Part shown: piece by piece, positions 7,992 through 18,863 of the stretch
Layout of the letters: the number at the start of each line of letters is the position of its first letter
Numbering within the stretch: the first letter of the stretch is position 1
Assembly (NCBI GenBank): GCA_011046135.1
Contig: DSBG01000137.1
Location: 23,536-87,535 of the forward strand
Reading direction: 5' to 3'
From: Deltaproteobacteria bacterium
GTDB lineage: Bacteria; Desulfobacterota; Desulfomonilia; UBA1062
Length of the DNA: 64,000 bases
Translations under genes and position numbers: made by a program
The notes under the pieces: generated by a model
The model's database searches: none
What the model saw: only the letters and a program-made list of their open reading frames with translations
Told to the model about the DNA's origin: nothing

Positions 7992-9289
7992 TAGAGAGAT
8001 ACACGAGAAAAGAGCTTGGCAGAATCTGGTCCGATGAAAACAGGTACCAGAAATGGATGGATGTCGAGATTGCCGTGTGCGAAGCCTGGGAGAGGCTCGG
8101 CAGCATTCCACGGGAGAGTCTCGAGCACATCAAACGCAGCGCTACCTTCAGCGTTTCACGGATAGAGGAGATCGAAGAGATCACCAGACATGATGTCATC
8201 GCTTTTATCTCCTGCCTTGCCGAGCATGTGGGAGACGATGCCCGCTACATTCACATGGGGCTGACCTCTTCGGATGTGCTCGACACCGCCTACGCGTTGC
8301 AGCTCAAGGAGAGCAGCCTCATCATTACCGATGACATCAGGGCGCTCATGGCGTGTCTGAAGAAGAAGGCTTTTGAGTACAAGCACACCCCCATCATGGG
8401 AAGATCCCACGGAATCCACGCAGAACCAACAACCTTCGGCCTCAAGTTTGCTCTGTGGTTCGCTGAGATGGAGCGGAATCTCAAACGGTTGGAAGATGCC
8501 CTGGAGGTGATTTCCTACGGGAAGATCTCCGGTGCCGTGGGAACGTTCGCAAACGTTCCTCCTGAAGTGGAAGCATTCGCCTGTGAACGGCTCGGGCTGA
8601 AGGCAGCCCCCATAAGCACCCAGGTGCTCCAGAGAGACAGGCATGCCCAGTTCTTTGCCACCTGTGCGATCATCGGCGCCACGATCGAAAAAATAGCCAC
8701 CGAGATCAGGCATCTTCAGAGAACAGAGGTGCTTGAAGCCATGGAGCCGTTCGGAACAGGGCAGAAGGGATCCTCTGCCATGCCTCACAAGAAGAACCCG
8801 ATCCTTTCCGAAAACATCACGGGACTGTCCCGGCTTCTCAGGGGATACTGCGTCGCTGCGCTGGAGAACGTGGCGTTGTGGCACGAGCGTGATATCAGTC
8901 ACTCCAGTGCGGAGCGGGTGATGGGCCCTGATGCAACAACGATTCTCGATTTCTCCCTGGTTCGGCTTTCCTCGATCATTGAGGGGCTGGTGGTCTTTCC
9001 GGAAAACATGCTCAGGAATATCGATCTCACGGGGGGGCTGTGGCACTCTCAGGGGGTCCTGCTTGCACTGGTGGACAAGGGGCTTGCCCGGGATGAGGCC
9101 TACCGTCTGGTTCAGCGCACTGCCCTGGAGGTGTGGGAGACCAGGGGTGACTTCAAAGATCACCTGAAAAAAGACCCAGACATCATGGGGGTCCTCACGG
9201 AGGATGAGCTCGAAGGGCTCTTCGATCTTTCCCACCACCTGGGCCACGTTGAGACAATCTTTGAAAGGGTGTTCCATGAGCAGCATTGA
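7988..9289 (+). CDS. purB: adenylosuccinate lyase
   Basis: 433 aa; [28 protein letters not shown] N-terminus and fumarate-lyase signature ([11 protein letters not shown]); ATGA overlap with upstream gene. Confidence 0.92.
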   Translation: [433 protein letters not shown]

Positions 9290-9824
9290 TGAGTTGCGAA
9301 CGCTGGTGATACAGGATGCCGTGAAAATCGGCACGTTCACCCTTGCTTCAGGCAGGGTATCCGATCTCTATGTGGATATGAGGAAGGTGACGCTGAATCC
9401 CAAGGGGGCCTTTCTCATCGGATCGATCATTACCGAGATGATCTCGGGCCGGGAGGTCGATGCTGTCGGCGGAATGAGTCTCGGGGCGGACCCGATCGCC
9501 GTGGCCACGAGCATCGTGGCCTTTCAGTCCGGCAGGCATGTCGTTTCTTTTCTCGTGAGAAAGGCACAGAAGGATCACGGAACCCGAAATCTCATCGAAG
9601 GGCCCATTGCTCCTGGGATGAAGGCAGTGATCGTTGAGGACGTGATCACCACCGGTGCCAGTACGATCGCTGCAATCGAGCGTGTCCGGGACGCAGGCAT
9701 GTCCATTGACATGGTGGTGGCGATTTTTGACCGGTGCGAAGGAGGCAAGGAAGCCATAGAATCCCTTGGGATAGAGGTGCGCTCCATCCTCAGCAGGAAG
9801 GACATTCTTTCCTCCACTCCATAA
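9276..9824 (+). CDS. pyrE: orotate phosphoribosyltransferase
   Basis: FTLASGRVSDLYVDMRKV and PRPP-binding loop (VIVEDVITTGAST); ATG 9276 chosen over upstream ORF start; overlaps purB stop. Confidence 0.88.
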   Translation: MSSIDELRTLVIQDAVKIGTFTLASGRVSDLYVDMRKVTLNPKGAFLIGSIITEMISGREVDAVGGMSLGADPIAVATSIVAFQSGRHVVSFLVRKAQKDHGTRNLIEGPIAPGMKAVIVEDVITTGASTIAAIERVRDAGMSIDMVVAIFDRCEGGKEAIESLGIEVRSILSRKDILSSTP

Positions 9825-10016
9825 AGGTTTCAGGAGTTGTTCCGTGCAAACAGCCGTATCGACCATGCCAGGACCATGGAGAGGCGAAAGCTCTCTTGAG
9901 CAGTTCACATGCGTGAAAGCGAGAGGAAAAAGGTTGGTTGTCCAGTCTCAGAGGCAAAGGGCGGCATACGAAGGATCGCCATGGTCCACCGGTAGAGAAC
10001 AAGCGGAGGTACCATT

Positions 10017-10688
10017 ATGAGGGGTGGTCCTCTTCAGGTCATCATCATGCGGATCACCGACGGAAAGATCATAAAAACTGTCGGGCCCTGGGGTGTGAGA
10101 TTTTGTTTCTTTCTCCTGGCTGCCTTGATCGGATTACTGATCTCGGTGACTGTTCTCGTGGTGCAGAACGTTCGGATGCTCGAGAACAAGGGGCGAGCAA
10201 TCGTTGCGCAGGCAGAAGAGATCCAGGAGCTCAGGGTGCTGATGGCCAGGAAAGACGAAGAGATGCTCTCTCTGAAAAACAGGCTGAGCATGGCAATCAC
10301 GTATCCACCCGAACAGACATCGGAGTCGCCGGTGATCAGTGATCTGAAACCGCCCATTGCGGGAATCGCCGAGATATCTCTTGCAGAAGGCAGCATCTCT
10401 TTCAAGCTTGAAAATATCCTCTCAGAGAGAGGGGCACGGGCCACGGGACACCTGTTCGTCGTCTTCAGGAAGGGAGGGCAGTTCTTAAGCCATCCTGAAA
10501 CGACACTGAACAAAGGAGTTCCCACTGATTGGGAAAGGGGTATGGAATTTTCCATACGGAATTTCAGGCCCATCTCGGTGAAGGTCCCCCCGGAAATCTC
10601 CCGCTGGGAGAGGGTAACGTTCTATGTCTTTGACACCGAGGGAGGAATGAGATTGGCGACGACCATTCCAAGAGAGCAGCTCAGATAA
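10017..10688 (+). CDS. hypothetical membrane-anchored protein (N-terminal TM, coiled-coil, C-terminal globular region)
   Basis: 223 aa; GGAGG RBS 7 nt upstream of ATG 10017; one TM (FCFFLLAALIGLLISVTVLVV), heptad-like segment, no recognisable catalytic motif. Confidence 0.5.
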   Translation: MRGGPLQVIIMRITDGKIIKTVGPWGVRFCFFLLAALIGLLISVTVLVVQNVRMLENKGRAIVAQAEEIQELRVLMARKDEEMLSLKNRLSMAITYPPEQTSESPVISDLKPPIAGIAEISLAEGSISFKLENILSERGARATGHLFVVFRKGGQFLSHPETTLNKGVPTDWERGMEFSIRNFRPISVKVPPEISRWERVTFYVFDTEGGMRLATTIPREQLR

Positions 10689-10820
10689 TGTCCCCTGCGT
10701 ATCCCTTGAATGCTCCTCCGGCTGGTTGCATCTCAGGGCAGAGGGATCGGGACACCAGCGTGGTACTGCCATCACCGGAAGAATGGCCATCGATAAAGGT
10801 CGACTGAGGAAAGCCACCCC

Positions 10821-11900
10821 ATGTACATCCTTGCTATTGAAACCTCATGTGATGAAACCGCTGCCGCGGTGGTGACAGACACCGCCGAAGTGCTCTCGAA
10901 TGTTGTTGCCAGCCAGATAGCCGACCATGCCGCCTTCGGGGGAGTAGTTCCGGAGATCGCATCACGCAGACATGTCGAGCTCATTGGGCCTGTGGTGTCC
11001 GAGGCGTTGAAACAGGCAGGTATCGATCGGAGGGATCTCGGGGGGGTTGCCGTCACCCAGGGACCGGGTCTGGTGGGTGCGCTCCTCGTGGGGATATCGT
11101 TTGCCAAGGCGCTGGGCTATGCCCTTAACATTCCGATATGCGGCATCAATCACCTGGAGGGGCATCTCTGTGCCGCATCCATCGATGGAACAGTGAGATA
11201 TCCGCACATCGGGCTTGTCGTTTCCGGCGGGCACACGTCGCTCTACCGGATAGACGCTCCCGACGCCGTTGCGCAGATCGGACACACTCTGGATGACGCG
11301 GCAGGAGAGGCCTTTGATAAGGTGGCAAAACTCCTGTACCTCGGGTATCCAGGAGGCGTGATCATCGACAGGATCTCGCAGGGGATTGCCTGCGACGAGA
11401 TCGACCTTCCGCGACCAAAGATCCATGATAACAGCTATGACTTCAGCTTCTCGGGATTGAAGACCGCGGTGCTGAATCTCGTGATCCGGTCAGAGATATT
11501 CCCCGAGATGAACTTGAGATTTTCCGGGCTGCCTCAACACAAGGAACCTGTTCCGGGAAAGGAGTACCTTGTACAAAAGATTGCAGCAGCGTTTCAGGCT
11601 GCGGTGACGGATGTTCTGGTTGTCAAAGCCATCAAGGCAGTCAAGGACTGTGCCATGGACCTCCTTGTGGTCAGCGGGGGCGTTGCGAGCAATTCAAGCC
11701 TCAGGCATGCCCTCAGGGAGAGGTGTGCGGGAGAAGGAATCGAACTGGTCATCCCTCACCGGAAATACTGTACCGACAATGCAGCCATGATCGGGATCGC
11801 GAGCATTCGACACTTCAGAGAAGGAACCCGTGCCTCCCTGGACATGAACGCCGTCTCGAGATGGTCATCTCTTCAGAAAAGACCCGCAGGGCATTCCTGA
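10821..11900 (+). CDS. tsaD: tRNA N6-adenosine threonylcarbamoyltransferase
   Basis: MYILAIETSCDETAAAVV...HLEGHL...VSGGVASN Kae1/TsaD signatures. Confidence 0.93.
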   Translation: MYILAIETSCDETAAAVVTDTAEVLSNVVASQIADHAAFGGVVPEIASRRHVELIGPVVSEALKQAGIDRRDLGGVAVTQGPGLVGALLVGISFAKALGYALNIPICGINHLEGHLCAASIDGTVRYPHIGLVVSGGHTSLYRIDAPDAVAQIGHTLDDAAGEAFDKVAKLLYLGYPGGVIIDRISQGIACDEIDLPRPKIHDNSYDFSFSGLKTAVLNLVIRSEIFPEMNLRFSGLPQHKEPVPGKEYLVQKIAAAFQAAVTDVLVVKAIKAVKDCAMDLLVVSGGVASNSSLRHALRERCAGEGIELVIPHRKYCTDNAAMIGIASIRHFREGTRASLDMNAVSRWSSLQKRPAGHS

Positions 11901-12007
11901 GCTGGTTTCGTGAAGCACTCGGTTCCAGGGCGCTGCCTGAGGAGTACGAGGTTTTCATACCTCGCCTCCCCGAGGCCGCATGGTGAGAGAAGTCCCAATG
12001 GAGGGGT

Positions 12008-12826
12008 ATGAGGCCAAAGCGTTCCCTCGGACAGCACTTTCTCGTGAACACAGCCATCGTGGAGAAGATGGTCTCATTGGCTGACCTGAAGGCTGAGCCT
12101 GTTCTCGAGGTCGGGCCTGGCAGGGGGATTCTCACCAAGAAACTCGTTCAGAGGGCATCGAGGGTGCTGGCCGTTGAAAAGGACGATGATCTCTATGAAA
12201 CCCTCGCCGTCATGTTTTCCGGGCAGGCAAACCTGAAGCTCCTCCACGGAGATATCCTTGAGATGGATCTCGACGAGCTCCTCTCGGACGGCATGAAGAT
12301 AGTTGCAAACCTGCCCTACAACATCGCAACACAGTTCGTTATCCGGTTGGTCGACCATGCATCACGTCTCTCCACCGTGGTGGTGATGGTGCAGTCAGAG
12401 GTGGCGCGGAGGATCTGTTCCCGACCTGGCAACACCGAGTACTCTGCGCTGAGTGTACTGGTCTCCTCTGCCTTTGTGCCCTGTGCGGCATTTGTTGTGT
12501 CGCCTGCAAATTTTTTCCCGCGGCCTAAGGTGGTTTCCCGCGTGATCAAGCTCGTGCCGAAACCCGATCCAATACCCATATCAGAAGGCAATATCTTCAA
12601 GGACGTGGTTTTCTGTGCGTTCGGACAGCGGAGAAAGATTCTGAAAAACACGCTCATCCATCTCCCGGGTCTCAACAAGGACATGCTGGCGTCTCTTGCC
12701 ATCGAGGTAGGGATCGATCTCATGGCGAGGCCGCAGGAAATACCCCAGCAATCCTATCGAGAGCTTGCCCGGCTGTATTGGGATAAAGTTGTCGGCAAAG
12801 GCATCGGCGGCAATACACCGTCGTGA
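12008..12826 (+). CDS. rsmA: 16S rRNA (adenine1518/1519-N6)-dimethyltransferase
   Basis: KRSLGQHFLVNTAIVEKMV...VLEVGPGRGILT...ANLPYNIAT KsgA motifs. Confidence 0.92.
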   Translation: MRPKRSLGQHFLVNTAIVEKMVSLADLKAEPVLEVGPGRGILTKKLVQRASRVLAVEKDDDLYETLAVMFSGQANLKLLHGDILEMDLDELLSDGMKIVANLPYNIATQFVIRLVDHASRLSTVVVMVQSEVARRICSRPGNTEYSALSVLVSSAFVPCAAFVVSPANFFPRPKVVSRVIKLVPKPDPIPISEGNIFKDVVFCAFGQRRKILKNTLIHLPGLNKDMLASLAIEVGIDLMARPQEIPQQSYRELARLYWDKVVGKGIGGNTPS

Positions 12827-13113
12827 TCCGATTCCGAGGGTCGAGAAATGCCACGAGGGGTAGTTCTCCGGGAGCAGGCCGAAGGAGTGGAAGACTGGCT
12901 GGCGATGGATGGAGAGGTTCTGCGGAATACAGCTGCTGTGTAACTGGAAATACAGAAAAGTGATCCCGGTAATCGTCAAAGAAAGCTCACATGTCGCGAT
13001 GAAATTTATAACATTATGATAATAATCAATATAAAAACAACCCTGCCTTCGTCATAGAATTGGCACTTCCCTTGCCTCTGTCCCTGTGATCGTTCGCGAT
13101 CAGGGGGTATAGG

Positions 13114-14469
13114 GTGAGAAAAACACGAGCGGCGCTCCTGGGAATACTGGCTCTTTCCCTGTGGAGTTCTCTTCTCCAAGCAACCGAGTACAGCCCCAAC
13201 GAGGTAATCGTCAAGTTCAGGGCGAGTCACCCGCACGCAGCAGCCATGATGACCGGCGCCGACAACAGGCCCCTTGTCATTGCCGTGGACGATTCGGACC
13301 GTACTCTCGATGCCTTCAAAAGCTCTGAAGACATCGAGTATGTAGAGCCGAACTATGTCATTGAGGCGGAAACGCTACCCGATGACTGGCCCTATGACGG
13401 TCAGTGGATGGATGTCGGGCTTGAGAAGGCCTGGGGCATGATTGCGGAACAGGGGAGCAGAAAACAGGTCATCATTGCGGTGATCGATTCCGGGGTTGAT
13501 TCAAGTCACCCAGAATTGCAGCACCTCATTGTTCCTGGCTATGATTTTACAGAGAATGATTCTGTTCCACAAGACGATACCGGGCATGGAACCAAGGTAT
13601 GCGGGATCATCGGCGCCCGGGGAAACAACGGCGTGGGAACTGCAGGGGTTGCCTGGAACATCGATATCGCCATCATGCCGCTGAAGTTCATGAAGCACGA
13701 TAATGGCAAAACAACGGGGTCTCTCTCCGATGCGGTGAAGGCTGTCTACTATGCCGCGGACAACGGGGTGGACATCATCAATGCGAGCTGGGGGTTCTCT
13801 TCCTATTCCCGCGCCCTCGAGGAGGCCATCGAGGATGCCCGTTCCCGCGGGATTCTCTTCATCACCTCGGCTGGAAACTCTGGCCAGAATAATGATGAAG
13901 AGGAACACTATCCATCAAATTATGCCTCTGACAACGTGATCGCCGTTACCGCAATGCACGCCTATGGAGGGTTGGCGGACTTCGCCAATTACGGGATTGA
14001 GACGGTACATTGTGCGGCTCCAGGGGTGGGTCTGGTGACCACGATTCCCGGCGGAGGATATGCCATGTGGGTTTCAGGGACGTCATTTGCCACCTCGTTT
14101 GTCACGGGAGTTGCTTCACTGGTCATCTCCCGGTCGCCTGAACTGAGCTACCGGAGTGTGAGGGAGAGCCTGCTGACGACCACGGTCCTGGATGGACGGT
14201 ACAGCCAGAGACTTCTGGAGAGCGGCGGATGCATCGATGCGCATGCCGCTCTTCTGACTGAAGAAACGTTGGATAAAACATCGAAAACCGTATCGGATGT
14301 GCCCCTCACGGGGACGAGTGAGTCTGTGTCCCTGCCTTCTGCAGAATCGGGCGGCAGCGGGGGCTGCATGGTCTCGAGTGTTAAAGGATCAGGAAGCTCC
14401 GTTGTCCTGATCGTGTGCATGGTCGTGGTAGTTCTGCTCCAGGTTCCCCGCCAGAAGAATCTGGAGTAA
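13114..14469 (+). CDS. secreted subtilisin-like serine protease (S8) with propeptide and unusual C-terminal Gly/Ser-Cys - TM - basic tail
   Basis: Signal peptide, I9-like propeptide (VIVKFRASHP), catalytic triad blocks VIDSGVD / HGTKVCG / GTSFATSFVTG; C-terminus ...GGSGGCMVSSVKGSGSSVVLIVCMVVVVLLQVPRQKNLE. Confidence 0.88.
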   Translation: MRKTRAALLGILALSLWSSLLQATEYSPNEVIVKFRASHPHAAAMMTGADNRPLVIAVDDSDRTLDAFKSSEDIEYVEPNYVIEAETLPDDWPYDGQWMDVGLEKAWGMIAEQGSRKQVIIAVIDSGVDSSHPELQHLIVPGYDFTENDSVPQDDTGHGTKVCGIIGARGNNGVGTAGVAWNIDIAIMPLKFMKHDNGKTTGSLSDAVKAVYYAADNGVDIINASWGFSSYSRALEEAIEDARSRGILFITSAGNSGQNNDEEEHYPSNYASDNVIAVTAMHAYGGLADFANYGIETVHCAAPGVGLVTTIPGGGYAMWVSGTSFATSFVTGVASLVISRSPELSYRSVRESLLTTTVLDGRYSQRLLESGGCIDAHAALLTEETLDKTSKTVSDVPLTGTSESVSLPSAESGGSGGCMVSSVKGSGSSVVLIVCMVVVVLLQVPRQKNLE

Positions 14470-14481
14470 CCTATACCCCAG

Positions 14482-14502
14482 CCCCCCTTCCAGGAAGGGG
14501 GG
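14482..14502. terminator. GC-rich hairpin (8-10 bp stem) between convergent protease and thiolase genes; likely bidirectional intrinsic terminator
   Basis: ccccccttcc-a-ggaagggggg perfect inverted repeat followed by T-rich ccctctttctgtg. Confidence 0.45.
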
Positions 14503-14537
14503 CCCTCTTTCTGTGGGAGTGTTTCTTTTCGGGAATC

Positions 14538-15827
14538 CTAGAGTGCTTCAACGGACATGGCCATACCCTGACCGCCGCCAATGCACAGGGATGCGAGTCC
14601 GAGGGACACCTTTCGTCTCCTCATCTCGTTGATGAGTGCAATCACGATCCGAGCACCGGTGCATCCGATGGGATGGCCGATCGAGATACCCGAACCGTTC
14701 ACATTGGTGATTTCCTCAGGTATGCCGAGTTCCCGCATGCAGGCGATCGCCTGGGAGGCGAAGGCTTCGTTGAGTTCGAACAGGCCGTAATCCTTTATGG
14801 ATGTTCCTGTCAGCTTCAGGAGCTTGCGAACCGAGGGAATCGGTCCGAGACCCATGTATGCAGGATCCACGCCGCCGGATGCATATCCCTTGATGCGGGC
14901 GATTGGCTTCAATCCAAGCTCCTTCGCCTTCTCCTCGCTCATGACCAGACATGCTGCCGCGGCATCGTTGATGCCTGAGGCGTTGCCCGCTGTGACGGTT
15001 CCGTCTTTCTTGAAGACCGTTGCGAGTTTGCCCATCTTTTCCAGGGTGGTGTCCATGGGGCGCTCGTCGGTATCGAAGACAATGGGGTCGCCTTTTTTCT
15101 GGGGGATCTTCACCGGCACGATCTCGTCCTTAAGAATACCTTTGCTGATAGCGGCCCTGGCCCTCTGATGGCTTTCGAAGCCGAGCCTGTCCTGGTCCTG
15201 CCGGGAAATACCGTACTTTTCAGCGATGTTTTCCGCGGTGATGCCCATGTGGTAGCCGTAGAAGATTTCGTAGAGTCCGTCGTAAACCATGAGGTCGACG
15301 GTTTTTCCGAAGGGCATGTCCATCCGGTAACCCCAGCGGCCTTTCTGCAGGGCGATGGGGACATCGCTCATGTTCTCCATGCCGCCTGCGATCACGATCT
15401 CGTTGTCGCCGGCTCTGATGGTTGCAGCGGCCAGTGCGATTGCCTTCATGCCAGATGCGCAGACTTTGTTAATCGAAAATGCCGTTGTCTCTTTGGGGAG
15501 ACCGGCTCTGATCATGGCCTGCCTGCCGGGATTCTGGCCTTGACCTGCCTGGAGCACGTTGCCCATGATCACCTCGTCGACCCCTATCTTCTGGAGTGTA
15601 TCGGGCCACGTTGCGTACTGCTGTTCAATGGGAGAGAGCCCCGCGTTCTTGAATGGATCAGGGGTATACTCCAGTGCATGGGCTGGGAGATCGGGTTTGA
15701 GACCTGAACGCAGGAGAACCTCACGAATTACCAGGGCACCGAGGTCCTTGGCGGGAACATCTTTCAGAGACCCGCCAAAGTTTCCGACCGCTGTTCTTAC
15801 ACCGTTGACGATTACCACATTAGACAT
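14538..15827 (-). CDS. acetyl-CoA C-acetyltransferase (thiolase)
   Basis: NGVRTAVGNFGGSL N-terminus, active-site Cys region (NKVCASGMKAI) and C-terminal GHPIGCTGARI...CIGGGQGMA thiolase signatures; 429 aa. Confidence 0.9.
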   Translation of the reverse strand: MSNVVIVNGVRTAVGNFGGSLKDVPAKDLGALVIREVLLRSGLKPDLPAHALEYTPDPFKNAGLSPIEQQYATWPDTLQKIGVDEVIMGNVLQAGQGQNPGRQAMIRAGLPKETTAFSINKVCASGMKAIALAAATIRAGDNEIVIAGGMENMSDVPIALQKGRWGYRMDMPFGKTVDLMVYDGLYEIFYGYHMGITAENIAEKYGISRQDQDRLGFESHQRARAAISKGILKDEIVPVKIPQKKGDPIVFDTDERPMDTTLEKMGKLATVFKKDGTVTAGNASGINDAAAACLVMSEEKAKELGLKPIARIKGYASGGVDPAYMGLGPIPSVRKLLKLTGTSIKDYGLFELNEAFASQAIACMRELGIPEEITNVNGSGISIGHPIGCTGARIVIALINEMRRRKVSLGLASLCIGGGQGMAMSVEAL

Positions 15828-15979
15828 AGTACCTCCTTCTCTGGGGTGGTTTTTCTCATTAAAAGGTACACTTTTTATTTCATACCAGAGGCGCTATGGC
15901 AAGGACTGAATGCCTTCGTGAACGGGGATAGGACAGTACAATCCTTGAAAAAAGCCTCCCTTGGGTGTAAAAATCTCCC

Positions 15980-16858
15980 ATGGCAGTCGATCTGGAATCC
16001 CTCCTGCAGCGGTACGTGATGTTCCTTCTCCACCAGAAGGGGCTTTCAGGAGAAACATACCGTGCGTATCACAACGATATGAACCATCTGATGAGCTTTC
16101 TCAGGGAACGGGGAGGAGAAGAAATCTCGAAAGAGACGGTACGCTCGTATATGCTGAAGCTCCATACAACGTATTCGCGTGCAACCATCAACCGCAAGCT
16201 CAGTGCGATCAAGGGATTCTTCGATTTCATCATTCGGCAGGGAGCTCTCGAAGCCAATCCTTTCTCTCACGTGAGGTCTCTCAAAAACCCCGGTAGCCTC
16301 CCGCGCTTTTTGACCCCAGATGAAGTCTTCGATCTCATCGATGCAACGAAGAATTCGAGGGATCGTGCCATACTGGAGCTTCTCTACTCCACCGGTATCC
16401 GTGTCGGGGAGGTTGAGGCCATGAACTGCTACGATGTTGACATGACGGCAGGTTTTGTCCTTGTTACCGGAAAAGGAAAAAAACAGCGAAGGGTTCCCGT
16501 TGGCAGGAGGGCCCAGGCAGCGATACGGATGTATTTACGGGAACGGGGGATTGACGACCCCATCTACAGCAGAGATCCGCTTTTCCTCAACAGCCGGGGA
16601 AAGAGAATTACCACCAGGAGTATCAGGTGGATCGTCTCCAAGTGGTCGAAGCAGGCCGCCCTCAGCAGACAGGTGAGCCCTCATGTGATACGGCATTCCT
16701 TTGCCACCCACATGCTCGATTCAGGGGCCGATCTGCGATCGATTCAGGAGATGCTCGGGCATGCCAGCCTCTCCACGACCCAGCGGTATACGCACTTAAC
16801 GGTGGACAAGCTCATGGATGTATATGATAAAGCACATCCGAGAGCAAAGGAGGAATGA
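15980..16858 (+). CDS. xerC: site-specific tyrosine recombinase XerC/XerD family
   Basis: Phage-integrase fold with RxxR...[12 protein letters not shown]...[14 protein letters not shown] catalytic motifs; conserved position immediately upstream of hslVU. Confidence 0.85.
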   Translation: MAVDLESLLQRYVMFLLHQKGLSGETYRAYHNDMNHLMSFLRERGGEEISKETVRSYMLKLHTTYSRATINRKLSAIKGFFDFIIRQGALEANPFSHVRSLKNPGSLPRFLTPDEVFDLIDATKNSRDRAILELLYSTGIRVGEVEAMNCYDVDMTAGFVLVTGKGKKQRRVPVGRRAQAAIRMYLRERGIDDPIYSRDPLFLNSRGKRITTRSIRWIVSKWSKQAALSRQVSPHVIRHSFATHMLDSGADLRSIQEMLGHASLSTTQRYTHLTVDKLMDVYDKAHPRAKEE

Positions 16859-17388
16859 TGGAGATTCATGGGACAACGATTCTGTGTGTGCGCAGAAAGA
16901 ATCAGGTGATCCTCGCAGGAGACGGTCAGGTGACCATGAACAATGTGATCCTCAAATCCAGGGCCCGTAAGGTGCGAAGGCTCCATGATAACAAGGTGCT
17001 CGCGGGTTTTGCCGGATCAACCTCGGATGCCTTCACCCTCTTCGAGCGTTTCGAGGATAAGCTCAAGGAATACCGGGGGAATCTCACCCGGGCGGCGGTA
17101 GAGATGGGTAAGGACTGGAGAACAGACAGGGTGCTCAGAAGACTGGAGGCGCTCATGATCGTTGCCGACTCTTCAAAGACCTTCCTGCTCTCCGGCACCG
17201 GTGATGTTCTGGACCCCGACGAGGATGTCTGCGGGGTCGGCTCAGGCGGACTCTATGCGGTTGCCGCAGCGCAGGCACTCATCAGGTTCACGGATTTCTC
17301 TGCCCGGGAGATAGCTGAAAAGGCAATGGAGATCGCCTCCGATCTGTGCATCTACACAAATAAAGCCCTTGTGTACGAGGAACTGTGA
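16855..17388 (+). CDS. hslV: ATP-dependent protease subunit HslV
   Basis: [37 protein letters not shown] with N-terminal Thr nucleophile after Met processing. Confidence 0.95.
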   Translation: MMEIHGTTILCVRRKNQVILAGDGQVTMNNVILKSRARKVRRLHDNKVLAGFAGSTSDAFTLFERFEDKLKEYRGNLTRAAVEMGKDWRTDRVLRRLEALMIVADSSKTFLLSGTGDVLDPDEDVCGVGSGGLYAVAAAQALIRFTDFSAREIAEKAMEIASDLCIYTNKALVYEEL

Positions 17389-18698
17389 TGATGGATCTCA
17401 CTCCCAAGGAAATTGTGTCGGAACTCAACAGGTACATCATCGGTCAGGACAAGGCCAAGAGAGCAGTGGCGATCTCCCTGAGGAACCGCTGGAGGAGGCT
17501 GATGGTTTCCCCGGATATGCGGGACGATATCTATCCCAAAAACATTATTCTCATCGGACCCACAGGTGTGGGAAAGACCGAGATTGCACGACGTTTGGCA
17601 AAACTCGCCGGTGCCCCGTTCATCAAGGTTGAGGCATCGAAATTTACAGAGGTCGGATATGTCGGCAGGGATGTGGAATCCATCATCAGAGATCTCATGA
17701 GGATCGGGGTCCAGATGGTCCAGAACGAGGAAAGCGAGCGGGTGCGAAGCAAGGCCGTCGAGATTGCCAAGGAACGCGTGCTCGATTGTCTGCTTCCCGT
17801 TCAGAAAGATGCTCAGGTACACCCGGAAAGCAGGGAAAAATTGCGCCGCCTGCTGGAGGAAGGACAACTCGATGATCGGATGATCGAGGTTGAATCACGA
17901 GAGGCGAACGTGCCCAGCATCGAAATCTTCTCCGGCCAGGGACTTGAGGAAATGGGGATAGACTTCAAGGAAATGTTCTCCTCGTTTCTTCCCAAGAAAA
18001 CCCGACGCAGGAAGATGACCGTCAGCGAAGCCATGGACTTTATCATCATTCAGGAGATTTCCCGGCTGATCGATATGGACAAGGTCACACAGGAAGCAAA
18101 GGTGCGGGTGGAGAACACGGGGATCGTCTTTGTCGATGAGCTTGATAAAATAGCCGGAAGGGAATCGAGCCGCGGACCGGATGTCTCACGAGAGGGGGTT
18201 CAGAGGGATCTCCTGCCCATTGTCGAGGGAACGACCGTGAACACCAAGTACGGCCCTGTCAATACAGATCACATCCTTTTTATCGGTTCAGGCGCCTTTC
18301 ATGTGAGCAAGCCTTCAGATCTGATCCCCGAACTTCAGGGGAGGTTTCCCATCAGGGAAGAGCTGAATCCCCTGTCGCGGGAGGATCTCATCCGAATCCT
18401 CAGCGAACCAAAGAACGCCCTGATCAAGCAGTACCAGGCACTGCTGAAAACAGAGCACATAGACCTTATGATCACCGAGGAAGCCATTTCGGAGATTGCG
18501 CAGATCGCCGAGTTTATCAACGAGCAGACCGAAAACATCGGAGCACGCAGGCTCCATACCGTTCTCGAGAAACTCCTGGAAGAAATCTCCTTCGCGTCGT
18601 CGGAACTCTCCGGAGAGATCGTTATCGACCATGAATATGTGAAGGAGAAGCTCGAGCCCATCATGCATCAGGAGGATCTGAGTCGATACATCCTCTGA
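17385..18698 (+). CDS. hslU: ATP-dependent protease ATPase subunit HslU
   Basis: [34 protein letters not shown], Walker [16 protein letters not shown], Walker [11 protein letters not shown]. Confidence 0.95.
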   Translation: MMMDLTPKEIVSELNRYIIGQDKAKRAVAISLRNRWRRLMVSPDMRDDIYPKNIILIGPTGVGKTEIARRLAKLAGAPFIKVEASKFTEVGYVGRDVESIIRDLMRIGVQMVQNEESERVRSKAVEIAKERVLDCLLPVQKDAQVHPESREKLRRLLEEGQLDDRMIEVESREANVPSIEIFSGQGLEEMGIDFKEMFSSFLPKKTRRRKMTVSEAMDFIIIQEISRLIDMDKVTQEAKVRVENTGIVFVDELDKIAGRESSRGPDVSREGVQRDLLPIVEGTTVNTKYGPVNTDHILFIGSGAFHVSKPSDLIPELQGRFPIREELNPLSREDLIRILSEPKNALIKQYQALLKTEHIDLMITEEAISEIAQIAEFINEQTENIGARRLHTVLEKLLEEISFASSELSGEIVIDHEYVKEKLEPIMHQEDLSRYIL

Positions 18699-18863
18699 TG
18701 GGTTTTTCCCAGGGGAGCACCTGCAGCATCGAAAATAAGCCCCGGCGGGAGAATTCAATCACGTAACGGCACCTGGTGAGACCACGGCGCGCGTTTTTCA
18801 AGCACGCTTTTCCCCGCTGCGAATTTCAGAGGGATGTGGTAGAACAGGCAACACGGAGGGACC

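Noticed and set aside
8156-9340. Long antisense ORFs opposite well-supported genes (e.g. 394 aa at 8156-9340 opposite purB; also 3877-4851, 28028-29425, 42732-43841, 47507-48871, 4882-5415)
   Set aside because: They have no RBS and no recognisable motifs, and they run entirely antisense to genes with strong family signatures. Such open frames are expected by chance in GC-rich DNA, so I treat them as non-coding.
15980-16858. Tyrosine recombinase considered as a marker of an integrative mobile element
   Set aside because: It sits in the conserved xerC-hslV-hslU housekeeping arrangement. It has no flanking tRNA, direct repeats, phage or conjugation genes. I interpret it as chromosomal dimer-resolution XerC.
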